From positions 5,136,448 through 5,200,447 of the forward strand of contig BDGG01000002.1 in assembly GCA_001949185.1 (NCBI GenBank): a stretch of 64,000 nucleotides of DNA. Direction: 5' to 3'. Below, in pieces: positions 52,412 to 64,000 of the stretch. Within the stretch, counting starts at the first letter, position 1, and every line of letters starts with the position of its first letter. The notes beneath the pieces are model-generated. The model ran no database searches, had not been told where the DNA came from, and saw only the letters and a program-made list of their open reading frames with translations. A program made the position numbers and the translations under genes. This DNA comes from Ramazzottius varieornatus. Lineage: Eukaryota; Animalia; Tardigrada.

Positions 52412-52871
52412 TGTTTCCACGTCCGCCAAGGTTCCTGGTTAGACGGTCAAGTTCTTGAAACAACTTCTCCGCCGATCGAAGAGGAAAATGGATTTGCCAT
52501 GTGCTGCTACAGAAAACATGCCTTTTTTAGAGTAGAGGACCGATGCTTTCTTCCAAGCAAAGATTTCGAATTTTTCTCCGCCGTGCGATAGAAAATTTCG
52601 AATTTTCAGTCTGTTTCTGTTACGAGTTGCTCGTTTTGTTTTCCTGTACGTAGGCAGAATTCCACTGCCCAGTGCCGTTTGTCCTCACACATCGAGTGAA
52701 CACCCTCAACATTGCAGAGCGATGTTGATATCTTTCACACTAGAAAAATCTCAACCACAGTACAGAAATTCCACGGCAGTCTATCATGTTTATGTACATT
52801 AGTCTAGACCCCGAATTCGGTAGGCACAACTTCCAAGTACCGAAACCATTCCCGCACTTCGCTCCCGGTTG

Positions 52872-53668
52872 TCATCGTTTTGCATCAGTCCCCGCCGTCA
52901 CAGCAGCTACACCTTCGGCAGACACGCCGATGCCTTGCGTCGATGCGGATTCCCGAGGTAATTTCTCAGCTTCCGTCACGATGTTCCTGATGCCTTGCGC
53001 ACGAGCCATCTCGAGGACGATTTCCGTTGCTGTCTTCTCGAACTTTATCGGTTGCAGTCCTTCGGCATGAGGAAAGTTCAAAAGGTTCCACTCTGTAGGT
53101 TGGTGAGTAAAGGGCGTCCATGGTCCTTGGATGGAAGGATGCTCCGTCCGAATATACTTACGAAAGTTTATTATTTCGTTGCCACTTCGAGCTCGCAAGT
53201 GCTCCACAAATTTAATAATGTACTCGCGATGCCATCCAGCAGTTTCCATATGTTCTTCCCTCCCGTTCACTACGAGGAGAAAAAACATCGCTTCTTGATT
53301 GGAGAGCCATATCCTCGTGTTCCTGACATCAGTGAAGCCAAAACTTACAATATTCCGCAAACAGTGTTGGTGTATCCCGCCTCACCGGAAGTAGGTAAAC
53401 AACTACACCAGGATTCGTCCGAGCGAAATCCATGAGGTCGTGTTCGATGAAATCCCTGCAACAAGATGCGGTCGGACGCTTCGTGCGAACCTTTGTACTG
53501 TAAGATATGGAGCGAGATGCAAAAACCAAACGTAGCATACCGTACTCCGCAACTACTACCAGACTCCTTGCAGAATTTGAACGTCAGCCTCTGTAGCTGA
53601 CAGACATATCGGCCGACTCCGCTGTGCAGTACAGCACTTATGAATCCGCTGGGATCGGCACCTGGCAT
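52872..53668 (-). CDS. MRPL43: Mitochondrial ribosomal protein L43 (mL43), 3 exons
   Basis: [27 protein letters not shown]|[21 protein letters not shown]...PTLFAEY|..NGRE...[13 protein letters not shown]. Confidence 0.93.
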
Positions 53669-54324
53669 GTTGCACTAGTAACTACTATGAAAGAACACGG
53701 CGCCGATGTAACGAAATCTGGAAGACTACAGGAACAGAAAGAGCAAACGACGGGAAAAGTGAAAAACTACTTAATTGTGGCTTAACGGAAACGCAGAAAT
53801 TACGATTACAATATAGAGAATGCGAGCGAAAGCGCACTGGCACAATTCGATACACATAGGAGCATCGTGACATCATAGGAACAAGTTCGTCTCGTAGGCT
53901 CTGTGACTGTGTTAAAAGAGTCGCGCAATCATGCAATGTCACGGTGTTCCTATGCGCGTTGAATTGTGCTTGTGCGCTTTCGCTCGCAATCTGTATAATG
54001 TGAACTTTTAATCACACTGATGTCACAATTCGGTAATCTCGTTCAGAATTCACAGCAGTAGATCCGGTGTGGGAGTAGCGCTGACGTCACGGTGATACCA
54101 TCAGCAAAGTGAGCAAACTACCGGCCGATTATTGCGCAAGTCCGGCGAATTAACGATTTTCATTCCGTTTTGTAACTCTAGATCTTGTTGTCTTCTTACC
54201 CTTCTGCCAGGTTTCCTTGTCGTTCTGATTTTCTTTGTCTTGGAGAAGAAGTGTTTTAGAGAGGTGTAAGCTCAGAAGCCCGGACAGCTACGGTCGTTGA
54301 CCGTGAAAGCATTCCGCTGCAAAA
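53669..54324. promoter_or_regulatory. Bidirectional promoter region MRPL43/GNL3 with a CRE palindrome
   Basis: Head-to-head starts at 53668 and 54325; TGACGTCA at 54082-54089. Confidence 0.45.
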
Positions 54325-57045
54325 ATGGTTACGAAAGGATTCAAGAGTAAGGAATTGTAACTGGTGTTAATAATAACTATCGTTACTACTGTAGCAGCCT
54401 TGTTCTGGCTTCTTCAATGAACTGTTTCCAACGTGGACTGTTTCAGAAAAGAAGAGCAAGCGGATTAGTAGCAAGCAAATCCGCAAGGTGGAAAAGAAGG
54501 TAAGAACAGCCTCGTTTGATATACTGATTAAGGCTATGGTACAACCGGAAGTCCTGAGTTCTGATCGTATGTACTGGTAAGTCACTATCGACGTCTCTTT
54601 GAGCAGGTTCGAGCATACAACAAGAAACAGAAGAGAGAATCAGGAAAGAAGGGCGGGAAAGGTAGGATATAGGGGTACACGTTCGGTTTGCGCAGTATTT
54701 TACCAGTGAATTGTATTCTCATAACGCCGCTGCCCATGATTATTTCGTATTCACCACCTTTTGCTTCTACAGCTTCGAAGAAAGATCCTGGTATACCTAA
54801 TAGCCTCCCCTTCAAAGATGAAGTGCTCGCGGAGTTGGCCGAACGAAAACGAAAGGTTTGGTATAGTTATGATTAACTCAAGTCTGCTGTCGACTGCTCG
54901 AACTTCTTAGTTTTAATACCCCTCGATCTGTTACACAGGATTTTGAACAGAAGAAAGCCAAAAAGCAGCAACGGAACGACAACAAGGAAAAACACGGCAA
55001 GGTGAAGACTTTGGAAGGCATGGTGAGTGATGCGGATCGCCGAAATACCAAGTTCGACGCTCAAGAAGTGTCCGTCGATAACAGCGCGTTAGGTGGACTG
55101 TATGACAACTCCCTCAAGGCTTACTATCGAGAAGTCAAGAAGGTATTCGCTCCATTCCGTGAAACGCTATTCGCTTTAATAGTGCTGGTTGTTGTTCGTA
55201 GGTTATTGTGGCCGCAGATGTTGTTTTGGAAGTGCTAGATGCTAGAGACCCAATGGGCACACGTTGCTTTCAACTAGAGACCAGCGTCCTGGAATCTGGG
55301 CCCAACAAGCGACTCGTCCTGGTGCTCAATAAATGTGGTAGGTTAAAACCGTTAAATTTTTAGTGACTTCAGCCGAGTCGTGACCGTCTAACTGAGCAGA
55401 TTCGGAGAACAAGGCCTTTTCCAGATTTGATACCGAAGGAGAATTTACTGGCTTGGTTGAAGTACCTGCGACTGGAGTTTCCAACGATTGCCTTCAAGGC
55501 ATCTACACAGAACCAGAAGTCACACCTCGTACGATCTGTGCTTTGCTCTGGATAGTGAAGGCCTTGAATAGCTCCACCCCAAATGCTTCTTGCTCATTGT
55601 TTTTGCAGAGCCACAGTAAAGTTCCGGTTCATCTAGCCAGACCAGATTTGATTAAGACCTCGAAATGTTTCGGCAGCAACATGCTGATGAAGATTCTGGG
55701 CAACTATTGCCGTAGCAAGAACATCTCATCCTCTATCCGAGTGGGCGTTGTCGGTAAGTTCAGAATGTTCCACCATAAAGCTTTTATTTCGTGATACGAT
55801 AATTTTTCGGAATATCGGCCTAAAGTTTGTTTCCTGGTTGATCTTGGTAAGTCCGAATACGTGTTTTACAGGCTTGCCTAATGTGGGAAAGAGCAGTCTT
55901 ATCAACAGTCTGAAACGGAAGCAGACGTGCAATGTTGGTTCCACACCCGGAGTGACAAAGCAAGCAGAACTCCTTTTGTCTAACTTCATTAGTATTCTAC
56001 AGCTCTGACAATCATTTTGGACGTCATTATCATCGTAGGACCATGCAGGAAATACATCTCGACAAGCACGTCACATTACTGGACAGTCCTGGAGTGTTGT
56101 TCACAAAAGGGAGCGATGACGTCCTCTCCGCTTTGCGGAACTCCATAAAGGTAACGGAAGCAAAGACGCGTACATTTTTGGCGTATCCGCTGTGGCATTC
56201 TTTTCCGGTTTAGGTTGACACCATCGAGGATCCAGTCAAACCTGTTGACACAATCTTACGCACCTGTTCGAAGGACCAACTGATGATCCACTACAAACTT
56301 GCCGACTTTGGTGATACGACGAACTTCCTCGCCAAGGTCGCCGTCAAGCGCGGGTACCTGAAGAAAGGAGGCCTACCGGATCTGGTGAAAGCCGCACGCG
56401 TCATCCTACAAGACTGGACCGGGTAAGCATATAACATTATCAATCATTTTTCGTTTTATTAACGGAATATTTTTCTGTTTTTCGTCGTCTTTCTCTGTAA
56501 TCACTGTTCTGTTCCAGTGGTAAGATTTCTTACTATACTGTCCCACCAAGTACCAAGCCGGGAAACGCGCACATCAGTGCGGAACTGGTGAGTACCATGA
56601 GCAAAGAGTTCGATATCGACGCGCTGGAGGACGATGAGCAGATGATGATCGACGAGCTGCCTCACACCGATTCAGACAGGTCCAGCGTAATGGACACGAG
56701 TGTTCAGTCTAACGACGTAGACATGGCCGAAAGTGAGACTCCAGAAGTGTCGAACGTCGTGGTCAACCTGGAGCCGCTAGATCCGAAAGGAAAGCAGGAC
56801 GATGACGAGTGGGAGTCTGACGATTCCACACAAGCTGTAGAGGGGAACCAGCAATGGAGTAAAGTGACGAAGAAAGTCCAGAAGCGCCGTCGCAAGACTA
56901 AGACAAAATCAAGTTTGTGAATAAGAGCTCAAACTTCATTGTTGCTCAACGTAGGACTGAAGAAGACTAATACAGATGTTTTCTTCTTGCAGATAAGATT
57001 GCTAACAGTATGGCAGAAAAACTCGATTCCGTTATGTCCATTTAA
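54325..57045 (+). CDS. GNL3: Guanine nucleotide-binding protein-like 3 / nucleostemin (circularly permuted GTPase), multi-exon
   Basis: GN3L_Grn1-type N-terminus (KKKSKRIS...[22 protein letters not shown]); AYYREVKK|[19 protein letters not shown]; G4 LVLNKCDL; G1 GLPNVGKSS; G2 TPGVT; G3 LLDSPG; LKKGGLPD; stop at 57043-57045. Confidence 0.93.
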
Positions 57046-57195
57046 ACTCTTCGTGATCAAGAACCATGGTTTTCTAATCCAATGCTAACACGGAATGGAT
57101 TTCTCTGGTTCTTGCGTGATAGTCTTACGAGATAATGAAACTGTCCCGAGTCACAGCTATTGTTATGTGCTGAGACGTAAGAAGATCGGCATTCA

Positions 57196-58272
57196 TTACG
57201 CTTTTTTCTTATTATTCTTGAATTTCTTTAGTTTACGATAAGTGTCCACGGCTCTGCTACGGGCTTCTTCTCGGCGAAGAGCGCGGACTGTCGCAGTGTC
57301 CAATGTCGGTAATTCATCGAATAAAGATCGAGGCTTTTCGGCTTCCGGTTCGGGTGCTGGTTTGAGTGCTTCAATCAGTAACAACCTTTTGTCGCCAGCC
57401 TACGAAGAATGAGCGGTTCAGCTGCAGGTTCGGGACCGCGCGAAACAGACATACCTTTTTCACTTCGGGAGCTTTCCGCGGAGCAGCGTTGATTTGGGGA
57501 GGTGCTTCCACTACTTCGCCGAATTTGATATCGTCGTGGAACTCATCGAACTCGTCGCGCTCAAAGGCAGTCCTCTCCTCCATCTTCTGCATGAGCTTTT
57601 CTTTCCTTCTCTTGGTCTTCCTGTCAAGTAACACAGTATGCACAGAGCGAAAACTAAGTTAGCGATCTTGTATTTTGCGCAAGCTTTACGTACGTGGATT
57701 TGACCACTTCCGCTTTTTCGCCATCTTCGGTTTCGAGAACAGGGTCCTTCTGGTTTGTGAGTGTCAGCTTATTCTTCCCTGTTCGCTCGAACTTGACGTC
57801 AAACTGCGACTCAAGTTCGGCTTTCGTTATAGATTCCTGAGCAGCTTTATCCATTCGACGGTAAAAATGTGAAATACCTTCATATTTCCCCTTTTTGAAC
57901 ACTGGTACTTGGGCAGCGGTCGTGTCTTGGGTCCATATTTGAGAGCCTTCTCTGCGAGCCGAGGAACGAGACTTCTGTGCTGGAGTCTTATTCTTGAGCT
58001 GTTCCTTAGCCTTCATCATTTCACGCACTTTTCTTGGTATTTCCTGTCCAGTCAAATCAGAAGGAGGTTTATTGGAGTACTTCCGGTCTCTGGTAAGAAA
58101 GCCAGTTTGATCATACTGGTACATACTACGCATGAGCGAACAACGAAGCTAATTGATGATTCTGGATGACTTACTTGAACAAAATATCTCGCCGTGGTCC
58201 GGAGTAGAAGGGATCGATGGCCTTGATCTTCTTGTGCTTGGAAGTCTTCTGTAACTTGTGGTGCCTGGCCAT
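57196..58272 (-). CDS. CCDC137: Coiled-coil domain-containing protein 137-like nucleolar protein, multi-exon
   Basis: KHKKIKAIDPFY..., NKPP...QEIPRKVREMM, DDIKFGEVVEAPPQI, RSRAVDTYRKLK, all motifs typical of CCDC137. Confidence 0.75.
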
Positions 58273-58762
58273 GATGAGGAAAGAAAAGGCGTTGTATCCG
58301 GATTCCGCACCAGTGGACGATCCTGCTGGATTCGAACAACCCCTTGTTAAAATAAGCCAGTGGTAGTGCTGCAGTACTCCAGTCAGGTATGTGGAGGAAT
58401 GGTGTGGTAGCCGAGAAAGGACAAAGAATGGAGTTACCTCCGCCTTAGTGCCTACTTCATTACCAGCAACAGCCTGAACGAGTATCAAACCTAAGTTAGA
58501 ACGGCCTGCTAATTCAGGTGGTAGTCTTTAACAGCGCTAACTTAAGTTAATAAGACAGATGAGGATTCCCCATTTCTCATCTGTCAGCTGTGTGGTGGCA
58601 GGTCGCCTGATGTCTTCAGAAACGCCAGTGTTATGGCTGTTATCTATATAATTACTACCTCACTTCCCGACTTCGAAGGTCGGTCTTTCAAGCTGCTCCT
58701 AACCTCCCAAAATATCTTACACGGGCCTGCTACAGGACCCGCTGACCGATGTCCTACATCGA

Positions 58763-59250
58763 ATGTCACCGCATCAACGGATAGTTCTACTGAGTGTGCA
58801 AAACAGCATCAGACGTCTTCAATTATTCCGTCGCGCTAGAAGTGGCACCGGAAATGATAGCTCAGGCAGCGACAAGGACGATCACTCACATCCCGATATC
58901 TTGAGCCTGACTGGACACTCTGATGTGATAACATCTGTTGATCTAGTGAAGACAGAAGATGTTGTTCCAGGTAAGTTTATGCCCAGTCTCGTAATTTACC
59001 AAGATCTTCGCAAGAAAGTTTTGGATGTTCGTCCTTTTAATTAACAGGCAAGGGACCACCGCCAGTTGCTCCGATAACCTGCTGCATGAGTGGATGTGCC
59101 AACTGTGTATACCTCGACTTCGCCGACGAGCTCTTAAAGTATTACCACCTCGACGGCGGAGAGAAAGCTATCGAAGCCATCAATGAGAACGTTACGGATG
59201 AAAATCTGAAGGCATATCTTCTGTTGGAGTTAAGGTTTAAACTGAAGTGA
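58763..59250 (+). CDS. OXLD1: Oxidoreductase-like domain-containing protein 1, 2 exons
   Basis: Arg-rich mitochondrial-presequence-like N-terminus; intron 58971-59047; [26 protein letters not shown]...[17 protein letters not shown]. Confidence 0.88.
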
Positions 59251-59298
59251 CTTCCGGTTCGTGTTACCTATCTTTTTGCTCCACCCGAAGCCACCAGA

Positions 59299-60795
59299 AT
59301 GATTCGCGGAATGGGTATCAGACTCCAGGACGCTATCCAAGGTCCGTTCCGCAAGAAAAAAGTCCCGAAGAATGCAGCGAAGACGGCCAAGGCGCGGGAA
59401 GTGGAGAACTTGGAAAGTGACGTTCAAGTCAGGTACCTGTCCAGTCGACAACTCGAAGAAGCTGCGCTAGCTGAAAGATACCTGCTGGAGAACCTGGACC
59501 ATGGTAGCGATTTCAAGAAGCTGTTTTACCTGAAGCACCAGTTCCTGATTGCGGAACTGCAACTGCCTTCATTTTGTGATCTGTGTGGACTGTTGATTTG
59601 GGGAATCTATCGACTGTCCTTGAGATGTCGCAGTACGTTCCGCCGTTGAAGCAGTGCCTGCTGTTGATGTGGAAATGGCTTTTATTCATTTTGTTTCCAG
59701 ACTGTGATTTAACCTGCCATCCACAGTGCAAGCAGTTTTTGCGGCTTGTATGTCCGAAGCCTCGGCCGGAGAAAAACCAGCTTCCTCTTCCGGCACCGGA
59801 AACCGACAGTGGTTCATCGACGACCTCGACCATAGAAGCCGAATTGTGGCAACTGCAGAACACAGAAAATGGGAAGGCTGAGGTCCTCACGAGGCAGATC
59901 GACGAGTTCAATAAGGCATTTCCTTTTTCTTTGCTGCAACAAGTAAGTTCCGGCCGTCAGGCGTTTCTTCTGTCATGAGCATAAACTTCGTTGTCTTCTT
60001 GAACAGGAAGGCGACGGAAGTCTCACTGGTTTCGTGAAAATACTGCTGCGTCTGAAACGACCTGTTACTGTTTCAAATGGACCCTTTCCTCGCGCTAGGT
60101 GAGTGTTGTCTTCAGTATCGATCTCATATTCTAGGTTCACAGTTTACACAGAGTTTTAATCACTGATGCACTCTTCGCTTAGGGTAACATCGTTTTACCT
60201 TCCCCGGAACTCAGAGAAGCTCATACATATGAGCAGTCAGGATGATACTTCGGAGGTAACAGAGACCGCTATCAATCTTACGGAATCTGTGATAAGCGGT
60301 TCTTTTACCATTTGTAGGCTATTGAGGCTATACTCACCAAGTTCCGGATGCGGGACGACCCGAGGAAGTTCTGCTTGTATCTGGAAGGTAGAGCAAAGAC
60401 TCGATCATGCGTACAGCAAACCAGGAACTTTCTTCTCGTAGATCATAATGGCACGAGAGTACTCGAGAAGGATGAGCATCCCTTGCTGACAATACTTAAA
60501 CTGCACGAAACCTCGTCAGAGTGCGGTCGCCTGATACTGGAAGAAAGCGATCCAAAGAACGTCCTGGTGAGCGGCACTAGTTCAGCCAGTAGTAACTCTT
60601 ATTAGGACGCTCACGTAAACTCACATCCCGCAATTGACTTTACAGTGGGACGCCTTTTCCCTACCTGAGCTAGAAAACTTCAAACTTATCCTGGATAGGG
60701 AAGAAGAGGAGATGGAAAAGCTCATCAGGCAAAATTACGAGGCGTACCGCACCAAGCTTATGGAAGCCTTCGACTTTGCATGTGCAAATAGCTAA
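59299..60795 (+). CDS. RASSF: Ras association domain family protein (RASSF1/5-like: C1, RA, SARAH), multi-exon
   Basis: C1 finger HQF...FCDLCGLLIWG...LRCR|.CDLTCHPQC...C; RA region TGFVKI.LRLKRPV, TSFYLP, KFRMRDDPRKFCLY; SARAH WDAFSLPELENFKLILDREEEE; stop at 60793-60795. Confidence 0.9.
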
Positions 60796-61074
60796 AGTAT
60801 TCTAGTAGGCAGAATTTCTGTCACGTATTTTCAAGCTCTCGGTTCAGGGATGAGAAGTGCTTTCGTCTGTTTTTTGGTTTCATCAATATATGTTTCGTCC
60901 GGCTATCGGTTTTTTGTCTTGGAACGGTCAGCAGAACAGGTTTTGAATTTTTATTATATTCTACGTAAATTATTGTCCCAATGTTTTCGCATGTCACAAC
61001 TTTTAGCTGTACTGTAGGAGTACTGTAGGAGTGCGCTAAACCACTTCAACGCAGTAATCGTCCAGATTTTTTCA

Positions 61075-63659
61075 CTACAGGTTAGTCGATTTCTTTGGGC
61101 TCTGTAGCTGGATTTCTAGTCCTTTGGTCTCTTCTCTGTGGTTCAGGAGCTCCACTATGCAGAAACTTGCCGCACCAAGAATACCTGTTGCGGTGACGAT
61201 GACTAGCTGTCCCGGCAGAGTCATTGTGGCGTAGAAGAAAGCTATGGCTGCCGTTACCGACTGCAAACGAGTTGTCAGTGGGTGATTTACAGAAGGCACT
61301 GACAGAAGTCCGTATAACCTTAAAGTAGGAAGTTGACCTTACCTGAACAAATTTGAACAGAGCGAAGGCCGGTGCGCTGTCTGCCGAGTAGGTGTTGCCC
61401 AGTAGTGCATAAATCTGGAATACCCACCAATAAAAATGTTGTTTTAGCTTCAAGACAGTGATAAACGCTTTCGGCTGAGAGACTAGTACGAACTTGGACG
61501 TTGATGGCGGCGTCACCGAAGCCCAGCAAGAAGGAACAGATGAGCGCAACATCTTTACTGAAACGAAAAGCACAAGCGGTTAGATTTCACGGTTAATCTG
61601 GTTTGGATAAACAGAAAGAAGATACTTTGGAGCAACGTAGGTCGCGAGATCTGTTTCGTGTGATGGGGAATCGAAAGGAAAAAAGAGAAATATAAGCAGG
61701 TAGCTAATCAGTTGTAGAACAACTCCGAGCACTGCAATCGAAGATCGTCCCCGTCTTTTGATCGTCGATCCCAGAAATCCAAAAAGAGCGCCACCTACAA
61801 ACGTTACCCATATGCATATATCGTGAGGAAGAATATACTTCTAAAACCCAGCACGGACACCGCGGCAACAAGTTTTGATACTTGTGATTTCGCCTAGTCC
61901 AATAACCACGCCCGAAAGTCCGAGAAGATAGTTGCGTTCATCTCCGAGCACCTTCGTAAAGTGAATGCTGGTTCCAAACACGCCGCTCCAGAATGTCAGC
62001 ATGAAACCTATAGTGGGCGGCATCCTGTGTCGGAATTATACTCGCTTAAAAGTCTCGAGCTAGACGCTACAGTACCTGTGTACGCAAAGGTTATGGCCAG
62101 CAGTAACATCTTCAGTGTCATTAACAAGCGAAATGACTGCCTTATTTCCCTCAGCCATACCCACTCCCTCCATTTTGTGGTACAGTGGAGGCATCTGACT
62201 TTGGTGCTGGTCGATCGAGACGTTGCTGTTCGTCCCCGATCCCTTTTCCCAGGGTATCTGCAAACGAAGAAGTTCAGAAACCATCGTTAGGAGACATCGA
62301 AAAAGGACGCGTATAGCTCACCGTAACACCAGGAAGAGCAGGACACCCAAGATGGCTGCACAGAGCAGTCCGACGAAGAGGCGGGTTCTTAGTGCGGAGT
62401 CAATTGACTTTTGACCGGATAGTTCCACAGTAGCAAAAATATTGCCCCACAGGTTACTGAGGATAGTCATATTATATACAGATACATTGAAGGTTCAAAC
62501 AGTGATGACCTTCGAAATACCTTAATTGCAGAATAGCCCAGAACATTCCCGCGTTCCTTGCAATTGGGAAACAAGATCCTCGGTATGTATCACCCTCCAA
62601 ATATTGCCAGTTGAAAACTACTAACCTTGACATCGTCTGGTCTGATGAATTGATAGTCAGAAAGACTCCTTGAGAAGTCCACAGCACAGCAGCACCGATT
62701 CCCAACAGGATCGAGCTGGCGTACAAAGTCCCCAAGTATGGCCGGAAGAAGACCGCCATAAAGAGGCAGTAAGGTACTACGAACCAAGAACAATCAGTCA
62801 GAATGGTCCTCGAGCGCTAGCCTTACCACATTGTAGTCCTTACTTCCTCCTAACACCATGCCAAATTTCGGACCAGTATAAGCTATCTGAAAGAAGAGAA
62901 GCCATATTACGCAACGGTGCGTTTCCCACAGCGGAGTGCGGGAAAAATATGCAGTGTAGAAAATGCATCCCTACCCGTGCAAAATTTTGATTGGTTTGTT
63001 AGTTTGTAAGCTATGCACGGCCATGGTAGTCAGAACTTTGCACGGGTAGGGATGCATTTTTACACCGTATGACTATTATTACTGTACCACAGAAGGAGCT
63101 ATCCAGTTGGAGATCGCCATCACAGCTAGGAAAGAAATATCTCTGTTGACGATTCTTGTGGAGGCGTTTCACAGCGTTTTTGTGAGAAATAAGGGCGTAC
63201 TGTATATGGCAGCAGAGCTATAGTAACCTTCTTTCCCGGTGCCATTGAAGTGCTCATCGTGGACCTCGCTAAGCACCGAAGCCTGCGAGCAGAGCCAAAT
63301 TTGGGCTAGAAGCCTTTGGATTAAAATTATGTCCAGATTTCTCGTTCGTAAATTGAACGTTGTTCATGAAGACTACTAATGAAGTGGTTCGAAAACCGAG
63401 AAGCTGTGGAAATCACCTGGAGCATACCGCAAGTATGGAACGAGCTGAAGAGAATCATGAAGGCCACACTGACACCAATCACGTTCCATAGTTGATAGTC
63501 CTGGAAGAAAGGCACGAATCCGCGAGACGTCCGTTTGGCCGACTTGGCTGGTTCCGGCTCTTCCTGTTGAGGTGTCAGATACGCCGAAGATCCCGAGGAA
63601 ATTGCCCACCCGGAAGTGGTACGTTGCGACAAAGGGGGAACCATTTCGACGGGCTCCAT
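61075..63659 (-). CDS. MFSD11: UNC93-like MFS membrane protein MFSD11, multi-exon
   Basis: NVIGVSVAFMILFSSFHTCG, GYYSSAAIY, SNWIAPSV, LGIGAAVLWTSQG, RNAGMFWA, TFWSGVFGTSI, LLGLSGVVIGLGEI, SAPAFALFKFVQS. Confidence 0.9.
62952..63069. mobile_element. Short Tc1/mariner-like MITE in an MFSD11 intron
   Basis: Perfect 24-bp inverted repeat AAAATGCATCCCTACCCGTGCAAA (62960-62983) / TTTGCACGGGTAGGGATGCATTTT (63037-63060); degenerate outer ends CAGTGTA.../...TACACCG|TA. Confidence 0.75.
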
Positions 63660-64000
63660 TCAGTAAAAAAGACTAATAGCGTACAGGTGCTTTTCATGAG
63701 CAGATAGGATTCTGATACAGTTAAATTGGAACCGGACCAACAGTGCGTAGTTACCGTTAGAAGCTGCGAAAGCTATCAATTACTGCCAAGTTTAGATGAT
63801 AAATCGCCCTGAGCCACACCTTGACACTACTTTCTGCGCCACACGCAGTCTTCACTGCGGCCTTGTAATCACAATGGACGATCGTTAGTACCTTAAAAAG
63901 ACATACCAGGTTGATCAAATTGTGTCACAAATTGCGTTTGACATAGGACAAAAACCAGAATACAAACGATCAGAAATTGTCAAAGTTCACTTATGGCATA

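Overview
Gene-dense eukaryotic (animal, ecdysozoan-like) genomic DNA with many short (~60-100 nt) GT-AG introns. The compact style would fit a tardigrade such as Ramazzottius, but that is inference. Thirteen spliced or long-ORF genes can be supported: an IQSEC/BRAG ArfGEF, KDM5/lid demethylase, a KDM3B/JMJD1C-like N-terminal-module protein with no JmjC domain, Tip60/KAT5, an ERG/FLI/FEV-type ETS factor, a divergent NBR1/p62-like protein, an EXD1-like pseudo-exonuclease, MRPL43, GNL3/nucleostemin, CCDC137, OXLD1, RASSF1/5-like and MFSD11. The window also holds a decayed pogo/Tigger-type DDE transposon with long inverted repeats, several short foldback (MITE-like) elements in the longer introns, a perfect 36-bp palindrome and a 50-N gap. 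Most notable: (1) a catalytic-less KDM3/JMJD1 'reader-only' gene between KDM5 and Tip60; (2) a minimal NBR1-like autophagy receptor candidate lacking ZZ/FW domains; (3) OXLD1 and RASSF ORFs only 48 nt apart, with a possible in-frame shared first exon; (4) ETS-CRE plus GC-box motifs in both inward-facing transposon repeats. Homolog sequences are recalled from memory, exon boundaries were read by eye, and all need checking by alignment and RNA-seq.
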